Source: an uncultured Bacteroides sp. (GTDB lineage: Bacteria; Bacteroidota; Bacteroidia; Bacteroidales; Bacteroidaceae). Taken from it: a stretch of 64,000 nt of DNA. The stretch spans positions 19,265-83,264 of the forward strand of contig CAMTPA010000001.1 in the NCBI GenBank assembly GCA_947074275.1, in the 5' to 3' direction. Of this stretch, positions 19,637-29,292 are shown piece after piece. The translations under genes were made by a program, and so were the position numbers. The notes under the pieces are model-generated. The model saw nothing but the letters and a program-made list of their open reading frames with translations, did not search any database and had not been told where the DNA came from. How positions within the stretch are numbered: the first letter of the stretch is position 1; each line of letters starts with the position of its first letter.

Positions 19637-22600
19637 CTCCATAAGCCTCCTTAAACAGGGCAGAGAAATAGGACAACGTACTAAAACCAGTGGCATAGGC
19701 CACATCCGACACACCCAACTTCTTTTCTTGCAGCAACACTGCCGCTTGTCTCAATCGCACGTTTTTTATAAAATCGCGCGCCGACAGATTGGTCAACTCT
19801 TTCATCTTACGGTGTACGTGTCCTCTGCTCAAGCCCACTTGCGAAGCCAATAGTTCTGCATTTAGTTCAGGATTGGCGATGTTTTCGTTTATCACCTGCA
19901 TTATTCGTTCCATCAACTGCTCGTCGGCCGATTTTAAGTCTATTCGTTGTATGTGCTCTTTTTGTTCTTGCGCACCACTATATCTTGTTTTTAGCAAATG
20001 CCTACTTTGTATCAAGTTGGCAATGGTGCTTTTCAGAACCTCCATACTGAAGGGTTTTACAATGTAAGCATCGGCACCTTTCTCAATTCCTTCAACACGC
20101 TCTTCTACCCCCGATTTGGCTGTGAGCAGAATGATGGGTAGATGATTGAAGTTCATATTCCCTTTCACCTTTTGACAAAGCTCTGTTCCGCTCATTTCGG
20201 GCATCATCACATCACTTACAATCAAATCAATTTTACCCGTAAGCACTTGTTCGTAAGCCTCTTTCCCATCGTGGCAAATCGTTACTTTATACTCTTCAGA
20301 TAGCTCTTGCCTGAGGTAGTCACAAATCTCCTCCTCGTCTTCAGCTATCAGAATGCGTACATTGGTTTTCGCTTTGGTTTTCATCGTTCGATTGTTTTTT
20401 ATCAGAGCATCCAGCATAGCCAACTCATCGTGCAGGTGTTTGTAAGAGCGGTTGTTTATATTGAGCAGACATTCACTTTCGCACAGATGACTGCGACCTT
20501 TTGGAATGCGAATAATAAATTTGCTTCCCGATTCACCTTCCCTGTTTTGAGCAGAGATATGGCCTTGATGCAGCTTAACCAAAAGCTGTGTCAGATACAA
20601 CCCGATGCCTGTTCCTACATTTTGATGAGTCGTTTGATTGTCTATCCGATAAAAACATTCAAATATCCGTTCTATCTTGTCGGGATCGATACCGATGCCA
20701 TTGTCCACAACAGCTATTTCAACATATTCTTTCAAAGCGTTTGTGCTGTTAGCGTCCATCCCTTCGGTTATGTAAATCTCTACAATTCCACCATCGGGCG
20801 TGTACTTGAAAGCGTTGGAAAGAATATTCAAAAGGATTTTATCAAAGTGCTCACAATCAATCCACACATTCATTGCAGGCTGTTGGTGCGACAACAGAAA
20901 AGAGATGTTGTGCTTTTGAGCGGTGTACTCAAACGACTGCATCACCTCCTGAACAAAAGAGACCAAATCGGTTTCCTCAAAGTGAATGCTCATTTGCCCT
21001 TTATCCACTTTGTGAATATCCATCAACTGATTGATTAGGCTCAATATGCGCTGCGCATTGCGATAGATGAGTTGATAGCTTTTATAGACTTCGCGAGAAG
21101 CATCCAATTTAAGCAGTTTCTCAATCGGAGCCATTATCAGCGTCATCGGCGTGCGTATTTCGTGCGATATGTTGATGAAGAATTGCAATTTGGCATCATT
21201 CATTTCGGCTGCGTGTTTTCGTTCCATCAACTCACGTCGGTGGTTCATACGCATACGAATGTAGTTTATCACTCCCACCAGTAACAGCAAAACCAGTAGA
21301 GAATAGATTGCGTAAGCCCACCACGAAAGATACCACGGAGGCATTATTGCAATAGAAATACTGCGAACAGGAGCTTCGCTCCCTTGATTGGCTACGCAAA
21401 CTTCAAAGGTGTATTCGCCGGGAGGCAAGTTATTGTAGGTCACTTCGTTTTGCCCCGGATTGGTTTTGAGCCAAGTGGTGTATAGCTCTTTTATTCGATA
21501 GGCATATACCAGTTGGTTGGTATTGTCGAAGGTTAGTGTAGCAAACGTGATGGTAAAGGTGTTATCTCGATAATCCAGTGTAAATCGTTCAGCTTCGTCC
21601 ACGGGCACTTCGACCACTTGTTTTTTGCCCGAAAGAGTTTGCGTGTTGACCGATTGTTGCTGAATACTGAAATTGGTGATGTAGACGGAAGTTCTTTGGT
21701 TATCATCGTCTATCTCGCTGGGATAAAAAGAGGTGATTCCGTTTACTCCTCCAAAGTGTATTTTTCCATCGCTATTTCGCAAATAGGCACCTTGAAAAAA
21801 CTCATTGCCTTGCAACCCATCTTTGGCATAATAGCTGACAATGTTTTCTTGTTGGGGCATCACACAGCTAATGCCTCGATAAGTGCTCACCCAAATAGAT
21901 CCGTTATCATCTTGACAAATACCACAAATCACGTTGTTGGGCAGTCCGTTTTTTAGTGTAAAACGCTGGCTTTGTCTACTCTGTTTATTAAAACGATAAA
22001 GTCCTTCGCCTGTTCCAGCCCAAATATCTCCTACCTCATCTTCGAGAAGCACGTAACCTATGCAATTGCCAATAAGAATGTTGCTACCCAAATCGACGAA
22101 ACTCTCGGTGACGGGATTAAAACAACTGACTCCCTTGTAGTGAGCAATCCAAAGCAATCCGTCACGGTCGATCTTAATCTCATTAATCCAAGCATTGGCC
22201 AGGCTAGTTTTTTGTTTATCGAGTTCGTCACCTTGATGCGCTATATACCTCTTCATTTGTCCTGTACGATTGTTGTAGCAATATAGCCCCGAACCAAAGG
22301 TTGCAAAATAGAGATTTCCCTCTTTGTCTTCCGCAATAGAAGTCACTTTATTCACCTCTATCCCATCTACTTGCTGCAAGCGTCCCTTCTGTTTATCGAG
22401 CACACCTACGCGATGGGTGGGCGCACCTATCCACAATCGCTGCTGCGAATCCTCGAAAAGCACGTGTATCACCTTGGGTATCGTTCCTCCTTCGTCCTCG
22501 GGCAATAGGTGACGCACACGTTTTCCGCTGTTATCCAACTCATAAAGTCCTTCGTTATCGTTGCTTACCCAAAGATGCCCTTTTTTGTCTTCATACATTG

Positions 22601-23666
22601 CACGAACACAATTGTATCCGATGGGGTTGTAATAGCTAGACAGCCGACCCATATAGTCGAATCTCATTTTTTTGTGATTGATAAATGCAACTCCTTTCTG
22701 ACAAAAGCCTATCCACACGTTTTTGTCCTTGTCTTCAATCAACGCGTGAACTCGACTTTGATTATAATCCAGCGTAGCTATATCGGGCTGATAAGTTTCG
22801 AGCACTTTTCGGTCTGTATCGTATATTTTGATACCTTCGCCATCGCATCCTACCCACACTTCACCCTCTATCTTTCCAAAGGTAAACACCGAGAATGAAT
22901 TTGTCGCATCGCTCACGGGCACTCGCACAAAGCGGTTATTGATAGCATCGAACCGCACCACACCTTGCTTTTGCGTTCCTATCAGCAGCTCGTCGGTAGC
23001 AGTTTTCACAAGTGCCGTCACGCTGTTATCGGGCAGTAGCGGGTAGCGATACATTTTCACATCAAGGGTTTTAGGATGAAAATAAATAAGCCCATTAAAC
23101 TCGGATCCAATCCAGATACTACCATCGCTGTTTTCAATCATATTATTCAGAAAATAGATTTGCAAAACCTCCATCACCTCTACCATACTGTGTGCTTCAT
23201 TGGTATGGGGGTGATATTTAAACAAACCCTGTCCTGCGGTAACAATCCAAATCTCGCCGTTGTGCAGTTGCGAAATACAGGTCACGTGAGGATTCTGCTT
23301 TCGCCCGTCTCTATAAATCGGAATCTCCACAAAGGCATCGACGGCTCGGTCGTAGCGCATCATCCCGTTGTAAAAGCCCAGAAATAGATTGCCTTTGTCA
23401 TCTTCGAGCATACAGCGCACATAATTGTTTCTAAGCGAAGTAGAATCGTCTACGTCGTGCCGATAGTTGGTGAAGTTTACACCGTCAAACTTATTGAGTC
23501 CATATTCGGTAGCAATCCAAATGTAGCCTTTGCTATCTTGATAAATTTGATTGATGAAGGTACTCGAAAGTCCATCGTTGGTATCGTAGAACCGACCGGC
23601 TTGCGCAAAGCTCAAAAGGGAGAAGAAAAGCCCCCAAAGCGACAATATTAAAGTGCGTTTTTCCAT
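19575..23666 (-). CDS. Hybrid two-component system regulator of PUL 2
   Basis: Propeller repeats ('QDSKGYIWIATEYGLNKFDG'), Y_Y_Y 'YNNLPPGEYTFEV', TM, H-box 'FFINISHEIRTPM', 'GTGIGL', REC 'SDVMMP', AraC 'VAYATGFSTLSYFS..FK..YG.TP'. -7 element CAAATATA at 23824-23831. Confidence 0.96.
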   Translation of the reverse strand: MEKRTLILSLWGLFFSLLSFAQAGRFYDTNDGLSSTFINQIYQDSKGYIWIATEYGLNKFDGVNFTNYRHDVDDSTSLRNNYVRCMLEDDKGNLFLGFYNGMMRYDRAVDAFVEIPIYRDGRKQNPHVTCISQLHNGEIWIVTAGQGLFKYHPHTNEAHSMVEVMEVLQIYFLNNMIENSDGSIWIGSEFNGLIYFHPKTLDVKMYRYPLLPDNSVTALVKTATDELLIGTQKQGVVRFDAINNRFVRVPVSDATNSFSVFTFGKIEGEVWVGCDGEGIKIYDTDRKVLETYQPDIATLDYNQSRVHALIEDKDKNVWIGFCQKGVAFINHKKMRFDYMGRLSSYYNPIGYNCVRAMYEDKKGHLWVSNDNEGLYELDNSGKRVRHLLPEDEGGTIPKVIHVLFEDSQQRLWIGAPTHRVGVLDKQKGRLQQVDGIEVNKVTSIAEDKEGNLYFATFGSGLYCYNNRTGQMKRYIAHQGDELDKQKTSLANAWINEIKIDRDGLLWIAHYKGVSCFNPVTESFVDLGSNILIGNCIGYVLLEDEVGDIWAGTGEGLYRFNKQSRQSQRFTLKNGLPNNVICGICQDDNGSIWVSTYRGISCVMPQQENIVSYYAKDGLQGNEFFQGAYLRNSDGKIHFGGVNGITSFYPSEIDDDNQRTSVYITNFSIQQQSVNTQTLSGKKQVVEVPVDEAERFTLDYRDNTFTITFATLTFDNTNQLVYAYRIKELYTTWLKTNPGQNEVTYNNLPPGEYTFEVCVANQGSEAPVRSISIAIMPPWYLSWWAYAIYSLLVLLLLVGVINYIRMRMNHRRELMERKHAAEMNDAKLQFFINISHEIRTPMTLIMAPIEKLLKLDASREVYKSYQLIYRNAQRILSLINQLMDIHKVDKGQMSIHFEETDLVSFVQEVMQSFEYTAQKHNISFLLSHQQPAMNVWIDCEHFDKILLNILSNAFKYTPDGGIVEIYITEGMDANSTNALKEYVEIAVVDNGIGIDPDKIERIFECFYRIDNQTTHQNVGTGIGLYLTQLLVKLHQGHISAQNREGESGSKFIIRIPKGRSHLCESECLLNINNRSYKHLHDELAMLDALIKNNRTMKTKAKTNVRILIAEDEEEICDYLRQELSEEYKVTICHDGKEAYEQVLTGKIDLIVSDVMMPEMSGTELCQKVKGNMNFNHLPIILLTAKSGVEERVEGIEKGADAYIVKPFSMEVLKSTIANLIQSRHLLKTRYSGAQEQKEHIQRIDLKSADEQLMERIMQVINENIANPELNAELLASQVGLSRGHVHRKMKELTNLSARDFIKNVRLRQAAVLLQEKKLGVSDVAYATGFSTLSYFSALFKEAYGVTPKEYRNTFRVSTGFQDPY

Positions 23667-23702
23667 TGTTCAGTCCCTCTTTAGATCAGGTTTTATTTTA
23701 AG

Positions 23703-23768
23703 TTGGTAGCAAGGCCTATCCAGCTTGCTGACAAGGCCTTGCCAGCGTGGTAGATAGGCCTTGCCACC
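23703..23768. repeat. Array of three 22-bp quasi-palindromic units (dispersed repeat family, copy 1)
   Basis: TTGGTAGCAAGGCCTATCCAGC / TTGCTGACAAGGCCTTGCCAGC / GTGGTAGATAGGCCTTGCCACC, with GGCC centres exactly 22 bp apart. Confidence 0.8.
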
Positions 23769-23890
23769 ATCCTCCATAGATATAGCTATCATTTACTCAT
23801 CGAGATATAGAGAACTTGCTAAACAAATATACTATTTTTTCGAGCAAAATATTACAAATGAATCACCTATTCATCTTTGTTTATTCTAAA

Positions 23891-23998
23891 TGTAACACGA
23901 CAAATAGAGTTTGTAACATATAGAAAAACGCACGATACCAATTTGGCGATATACGATACCCAGCAAACAGTAAAAACGACCGATTCAGAGTAAGTTTG
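23891..23998 (+). promoter_or_regulatory. susC (PUL 2) promoter with four 21-bp-periodic boxes (candidate HTCS operator) and -7 TAAGTTTG
   Basis: TGTAACA at 23891 and 23912, CGATACC at 23933 and 23954 (period exactly 21). -7 element at 23991-23998, 30 nt after the last box. Confidence 0.7.
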
Positions 23999-24127
23999 TA
24001 TCCAACCAAGAATCTGTTATGTTAAACCATTAAATCGATTAGTAAATGAAAACCTGAGAATGCACCTCTATTTTAATTCCCCCAAAGTTTTAAATCAATC
24101 TTTTTTTTATAATCTAAAAAACGTTTT

Positions 24128-27100
24128 ATGAGGAACACTAATTTAAAATTTAGACTCTCTGTCTTCTTGTTTCTCCTCACTTATTTGTCTATTGGGCTAT
24201 CGGCGCAAGACATCACCATCAGAGGAAAAGTACAAGATGCCAACCACGAACCCGTGATTGGAGCAAGCATCTTAGTGAAAGGTACGACCAACGGAACCAT
24301 CACCGATTTGGATGGAAACTACACCCTACAAGCATCTGCCAACGCTACATTGGTGGTGACTTACGTGGGCTATCAAACCGAACAAATAGCGGTGGATGGA
24401 AGAAAACAAATCAACATCGCACTGAAAGAAGATGCCAAAGCCTTGGAAGAGGTTGTGGTAGTGGGCTATGGTACGGCACGAAAATCGGACGTGACAGGCT
24501 CTATTGCTTCGGTACAAGGCGACATTATGCGTGAAGTTCCAGCCGCCAACATCAGCTATGCACTGCAAAGCCGTGTTGCTGGGGTGGATATGACACAAAC
24601 ATCGTCGAAACCGGGTGCGAATATGCAAATTCGTATTCGTGGTACTCGTTCGCTCACCGCATCCAACGATCCGCTGATTGTGCTGGACGGTATACCGTTT
24701 ATGGGAAACCTGTCGGACATCAACCCAAGCGACATAAAGAGTATGGACATATTGAAAGATGCTTCGTCTACTGCTATATATGGTTCGCGCGGAGCCAACG
24801 GAGTTATCCTGATTACTACTAATAAAGGTAGCGAAGGCCAACCCGCACGTGTGACCTACAACGGATACTTTGGCTTGAAAAGCGTATTTCACGACTACCC
24901 GATGATGAATGGTGAGGAGTTTGCTAAACTACGCCAAGATGCCAATATGTTTACCAACTCATTGGACGAATCGGACACAACCAACACCAACTGGCAAGAT
25001 ATGATGTATCGCACAGCCATTGTGACCAGTCACGATGTGAGCGTGGCAAATGGAACCAAGAATGGTAGTTACAGCGTGGGTGTGGGCTACTATTACGACG
25101 AGTCGAACATTCCTACTCAATCGTTCGAACGTTACAACATCCGTGCTACAATCGATCAAGGCATTGGCGATTATCTCCGCTTTGGAGCCTCTACCATCAC
25201 CAACTACAACATTACCAAAGGTAGCCAGATAGGGCTTTACAACGTGCTCAGCGCATCGCCTATCGCCACCCCCTACAACGAAGACGGCACACTGAAAAGA
25301 ACCATCCGCATGCCATTGGACGAACAATGGGTGATGACCAAAGATGTGCTTAATGAAGTAGGTGAATCGTGGGTAAATGAATCGACTGCAATCGGGTCGT
25401 ACAACACATTCTACGGGCAAATTGAGTGCCCTTGGGTGAAGGGATTGAAATATCGCATCAACGTGGGTATGAACTACCGAGGCGGAAAGACAGGTGCATT
25501 TACAGGCGAAGGCATAAACAGCTCGAACGCTACTACCGAGTCGACTGCATCGGTGCAACACACCGAAACCACCAACTGGGCAGTAGAGAATATGCTAACC
25601 TACGACCGTACATTCGCTCAAAAGCATCAGTTGAACGTGGTAGCTATGTATTCGGCAGAACAAACAAAATACACCAAGTCGTATATGTCGGGCAAAGACA
25701 TTCCCGCTTCTTACTTCCAATACTACAACATCGGGCGTGCCGATGGCGAAATCACCGTAAACCCCAACAATCAGGCTTACGAAAAGAGCGGTTTGCTTTC
25801 GTTTATGGGTCGTGTGATGTATGCTTACGACAACAAGTATATGTTGATGGCCACCATTCGTTCGGACGCATCATCGCGTCTTGCCAAAGGACACCAATGG
25901 CACACCTACCCTGCCGTTTCGCTGGGATGGAACATCAAGAAAGAGCGTTTTATGGACAATGTAGATGTGGTAGACATATTGAAAGTGCGTGCAGGATACG
26001 GACAAACCTCCAATCAGGCAGTAGCCCCCTACTCTACATTGGGTATGCTTAGCACCCGTCCATACAACTTTGGCTCTACCTACTCTACGGGCTATTACGT
26101 GTCGGCACTTCCCAACGCTGCATTGGGCTGGGAATACTCCTCTACTTGGAACTTCGGTGTGGACTTCACTTTGTTTGGTGGCCGCTTGTCGGGTACATTG
26201 GAGTATTACATCCAAAAAACACACGACTTGCTACTCAACGTAAATCTACCATCTACGGCAGGTGTGAGCAGCTATATGGGCAACATTGGTAAAACCCAAA
26301 ACAAAGGTATCGAACTTACGCTGAACGGAACCATCATCGACAACAAAAACGGATGGACGTGGGATGCAGGAATCAATCTCTACGCCAACCGTAATAAATT
26401 GGTAGAATTGGCATCGGGACAAGAGCGCGACGAAGCCAACAACTGGTTTGTGGGCTATCCCATCAACTCCATCTTCGACTACGAAAAAACAGGTTTGTGG
26501 CAAGAGGGCGACCCCTATCTCGACATTCTTGAACCGGGTGGTAACGTGGGTATGATTAAGGTGAAATATACAGGCGAATACAACGCCGACGGCACACCCG
26601 TTCGCCAAATAGGAACTGAAGACCGTCAAATCATCAGTATGGAACCTAAGTTCCAAGGAGGTTTCAACACACGTGTAGCTTGGAAAGGATTAGACCTAAC
26701 CATCATCGGCGCATTCCAATGTGGTGGTAAGCTTATCAGCTCCTTGCATTCATCCAATGGCTACTTGAATATGCTATCTGGACGTAGAAACAACGTGAAG
26801 GTAGACTACTGGACACCCGAAAACACCAACGCCAAGTACCCAAAACCCGGCGGTATTATGAGTGGTGACAATCCGAAATATGGCTCTACATTGGGGTATT
26901 TCGATGCTTCGTATATGAAAATACGCACCATCACTTTGGGTTACAACTTCGACAGCTGCCCCAAATTGAAACAGTTTGGTATCGACAATCTACGCGCCTA
27001 TGTCACCATTCAAAACCCATTCGTACTCTTCTCTCCATTCACCAATGAATGTGGCTTAGACCCCGAAACAAACTCATTGGGCGACGAAAACGTAGCAGTA

Positions 27101-27184
27101 AATATGGTGAGCCGCTTCCCCATCATAGGAACCAACACCCCATCTACTCGCAACTACTTGTTTGGTATTAATCTCACATTCTAA
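24128..27184 (+). CDS. SusC/RagA-family TonB-dependent transporter (PUL 2)
   Basis: 'EPVIGASILVKGTTNGTITDLDGNY', 'LEEVVVVGYG', 'ILKDASSTAIYGSRGANGVILITT', ends '..FGINLTF'. Confidence 0.96.
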   Translation: MRNTNLKFRLSVFLFLLTYLSIGLSAQDITIRGKVQDANHEPVIGASILVKGTTNGTITDLDGNYTLQASANATLVVTYVGYQTEQIAVDGRKQINIALKEDAKALEEVVVVGYGTARKSDVTGSIASVQGDIMREVPAANISYALQSRVAGVDMTQTSSKPGANMQIRIRGTRSLTASNDPLIVLDGIPFMGNLSDINPSDIKSMDILKDASSTAIYGSRGANGVILITTNKGSEGQPARVTYNGYFGLKSVFHDYPMMNGEEFAKLRQDANMFTNSLDESDTTNTNWQDMMYRTAIVTSHDVSVANGTKNGSYSVGVGYYYDESNIPTQSFERYNIRATIDQGIGDYLRFGASTITNYNITKGSQIGLYNVLSASPIATPYNEDGTLKRTIRMPLDEQWVMTKDVLNEVGESWVNESTAIGSYNTFYGQIECPWVKGLKYRINVGMNYRGGKTGAFTGEGINSSNATTESTASVQHTETTNWAVENMLTYDRTFAQKHQLNVVAMYSAEQTKYTKSYMSGKDIPASYFQYYNIGRADGEITVNPNNQAYEKSGLLSFMGRVMYAYDNKYMLMATIRSDASSRLAKGHQWHTYPAVSLGWNIKKERFMDNVDVVDILKVRAGYGQTSNQAVAPYSTLGMLSTRPYNFGSTYSTGYYVSALPNAALGWEYSSTWNFGVDFTLFGGRLSGTLEYYIQKTHDLLLNVNLPSTAGVSSYMGNIGKTQNKGIELTLNGTIIDNKNGWTWDAGINLYANRNKLVELASGQERDEANNWFVGYPINSIFDYEKTGLWQEGDPYLDILEPGGNVGMIKVKYTGEYNADGTPVRQIGTEDRQIISMEPKFQGGFNTRVAWKGLDLTIIGAFQCGGKLISSLHSSNGYLNMLSGRRNNVKVDYWTPENTNAKYPKPGGIMSGDNPKYGSTLGYFDASYMKIRTITLGYNFDSCPKLKQFGIDNLRAYVTIQNPFVLFSPFTNECGLDPETNSLGDENVAVNMVSRFPIIGTNTPSTRNYLFGINLTF

Positions 27185-27201
27185 ATTAAGCGTAAACTGA
27201 T

Positions 27202-29148
27202 ATGAAAAATATAATTCAGAAACTAAAACAAGCCGCACCCATCGCATTGGCATTGATGCTCACCACCTCGTGCGGCAGCGTATTGGACGAACAACCACGC
27301 AGCTTTTTCGAGCCGGGCTTTTTCAAGACAGAAGCCGGTGTGTATGGAGGGTTGACCTCGATGTATGCTCACCTGCGCTACATATACGGGCAGGCTTACT
27401 ACTACAACTCTTGCCAAACAGGAACCGATGAAGCCACTTATGCACAGTCGGCCGATGGAAACTTCAAGGATGCCGACCTATCGGGAGTAGGTAGCCTCAC
27501 CCCCAGCAGCAGCCGTTCGGATGTGTTGTGGGGCGCAGCATTCCCCAACATCAACACAGCAAGCGGCATCATAGAGAACGCCATCGAAGCAGGTATCGAC
27601 AACAGTCTGATTGCTGAAGCGCGCTTCTTTCGTGCATTCGATTATTTCTTGTTGGTGCAGACCTTTGGTGGTGTGCCGCTCGATTTGGGTGCTGGAGAAT
27701 TGATGTTCAACACCACTCCTTCGCGTGTGTCGGTGCGCAACACCGTGCCTGAGGTTTATACCAAAGCGATATTTCCCGACTTGCTGACAGCGATTGACGA
27801 CCTTCCCGAAACTCCTCGCCTGACAGGAGCGGTTACCAAAACGGTAGCTCGCTTGCTGCTCTCGAAAGCATACCTTACCTACGGATGGTGGCTCGAAAAC
27901 CCCAACAGCATCCCTACCTACCCTGAATGTAGCCGTGTAGATTTGGATGGACAAACGGCTCAATGGTATTTCCAGAAAGCATACGACATCGCCACAGCAG
28001 CCATTGCCAATCCCGGTCCTTATGGCTTGCAAGAGACTTTCTATATGGTGAACGCTGGCCCCAACGATCGCAACAGCGAGATATTACTCTATGCCGATCA
28101 CACACAAGAGAGTGAGTATTACAATGGAGGTAGCTTGACGTATGGTAGCGGTGGAGCACCCGATAACTTTGCAGGATGGATGATGACGTGGAACTACACC
28201 AATATGACCAGCTCTATGGACGAAAGTTGGAGTGCTAAAATCAATCCAGTGCAGCGTGCTGCCACTCAACCATTGGGTCGTCCGTGGACACGTATGTGCC
28301 CCACCATCAATGTCATCAGAGACATTTTTGTCGACAAGAGCAACGACTCACGTTACGATGGCACATTCACCACTGTATATCGTGCCAACTGGCCCAAAGG
28401 CGGAACACAGGCAGAATATGTGTACAATGCCAACAACATGATCATCTATCCCGGCGATGCAGTGTTGACCTTCTTGGGCGAAGAACCCGAAACACCTGTG
28501 ACTTATCCTTCGGGACAAGGCAATAGCAACATTGGCACAGGCACACTTCCCGATCGTGCAGATTTTGTGGTGTCGCCAAGTGGTATCAGCCGCATCGTTT
28601 ATCCCGGTTTGTGGAAACTCGGCCCTTATCGCACCGACAACGGTGATGGTTTGGGACAGCCCAACGCCGGCAGCACTCGCCCATACAACATCCTGAAGTT
28701 CTCGGAACTCTACTTGGTAGCAGCCGAAGCCGCTGTAAAAGGGGCACAAGGTTCTCAGCCGGCAAGAGATTTAGTTAACGTGCTTCGTGCTCGTGCAGGA
28801 AAATGGAGTTACAGCAATGCCGACGACGCTGCTAAGGTAGAAGACAACAGCGCAGCGATGACAGCCGCTACTCCTTCTACCATCACCATCGACTACATCT
28901 TGGACGAACGCTCGCGTGAGTTTTATGGTGAGGGGTATCGCTGGTTCGATTTAGCTCGCACACAAACGTGGAAGCAACGTGCTGGCACTTACGAAATTTG
29001 CGGAGCAAGCTACGGTGATCACACACCACAAACCATCACTCGCCAAATAGACGATTTCCTTTATTTGCGTCCTATACCAACTGGACAATTGGAAGGTTTG
29101 GAAATGACCGAAACAGAAAAGAGTATTTATCAGAATCCCGGATATTAA
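27202..29148 (+). CDS. SusD/RagB-family lipoprotein (PUL 2)
   Basis: Lipobox LTTSC; 'AEARFFRAFDYFLLVQTFGGVP', 'LKFSELYLVAAEA', 'ILDERSREFYGEGYRWFDLART', ends 'QNPGY'. Confidence 0.94.
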   Translation: MKNIIQKLKQAAPIALALMLTTSCGSVLDEQPRSFFEPGFFKTEAGVYGGLTSMYAHLRYIYGQAYYYNSCQTGTDEATYAQSADGNFKDADLSGVGSLTPSSSRSDVLWGAAFPNINTASGIIENAIEAGIDNSLIAEARFFRAFDYFLLVQTFGGVPLDLGAGELMFNTTPSRVSVRNTVPEVYTKAIFPDLLTAIDDLPETPRLTGAVTKTVARLLLSKAYLTYGWWLENPNSIPTYPECSRVDLDGQTAQWYFQKAYDIATAAIANPGPYGLQETFYMVNAGPNDRNSEILLYADHTQESEYYNGGSLTYGSGGAPDNFAGWMMTWNYTNMTSSMDESWSAKINPVQRAATQPLGRPWTRMCPTINVIRDIFVDKSNDSRYDGTFTTVYRANWPKGGTQAEYVYNANNMIIYPGDAVLTFLGEEPETPVTYPSGQGNSNIGTGTLPDRADFVVSPSGISRIVYPGLWKLGPYRTDNGDGLGQPNAGSTRPYNILKFSELYLVAAEAAVKGAQGSQPARDLVNVLRARAGKWSYSNADDAAKVEDNSAAMTAATPSTITIDYILDERSREFYGEGYRWFDLARTQTWKQRAGTYEICGASYGDHTPQTITRQIDDFLYLRPIPTGQLEGLEMTETEKSIYQNPGY

Positions 29149-29292
29149 AATATCACTAAGATTAACTTTACAAATACACACTGTTGGTTAATAGGTAAAC
29201 GAGGTTAATAGATTGTTTTTTAACACAGGAGGTGAGAGCGATGCAAACCATTTCTCTTGCCTCCTATCATTCAAAAAAAAGAAATTACAGAT

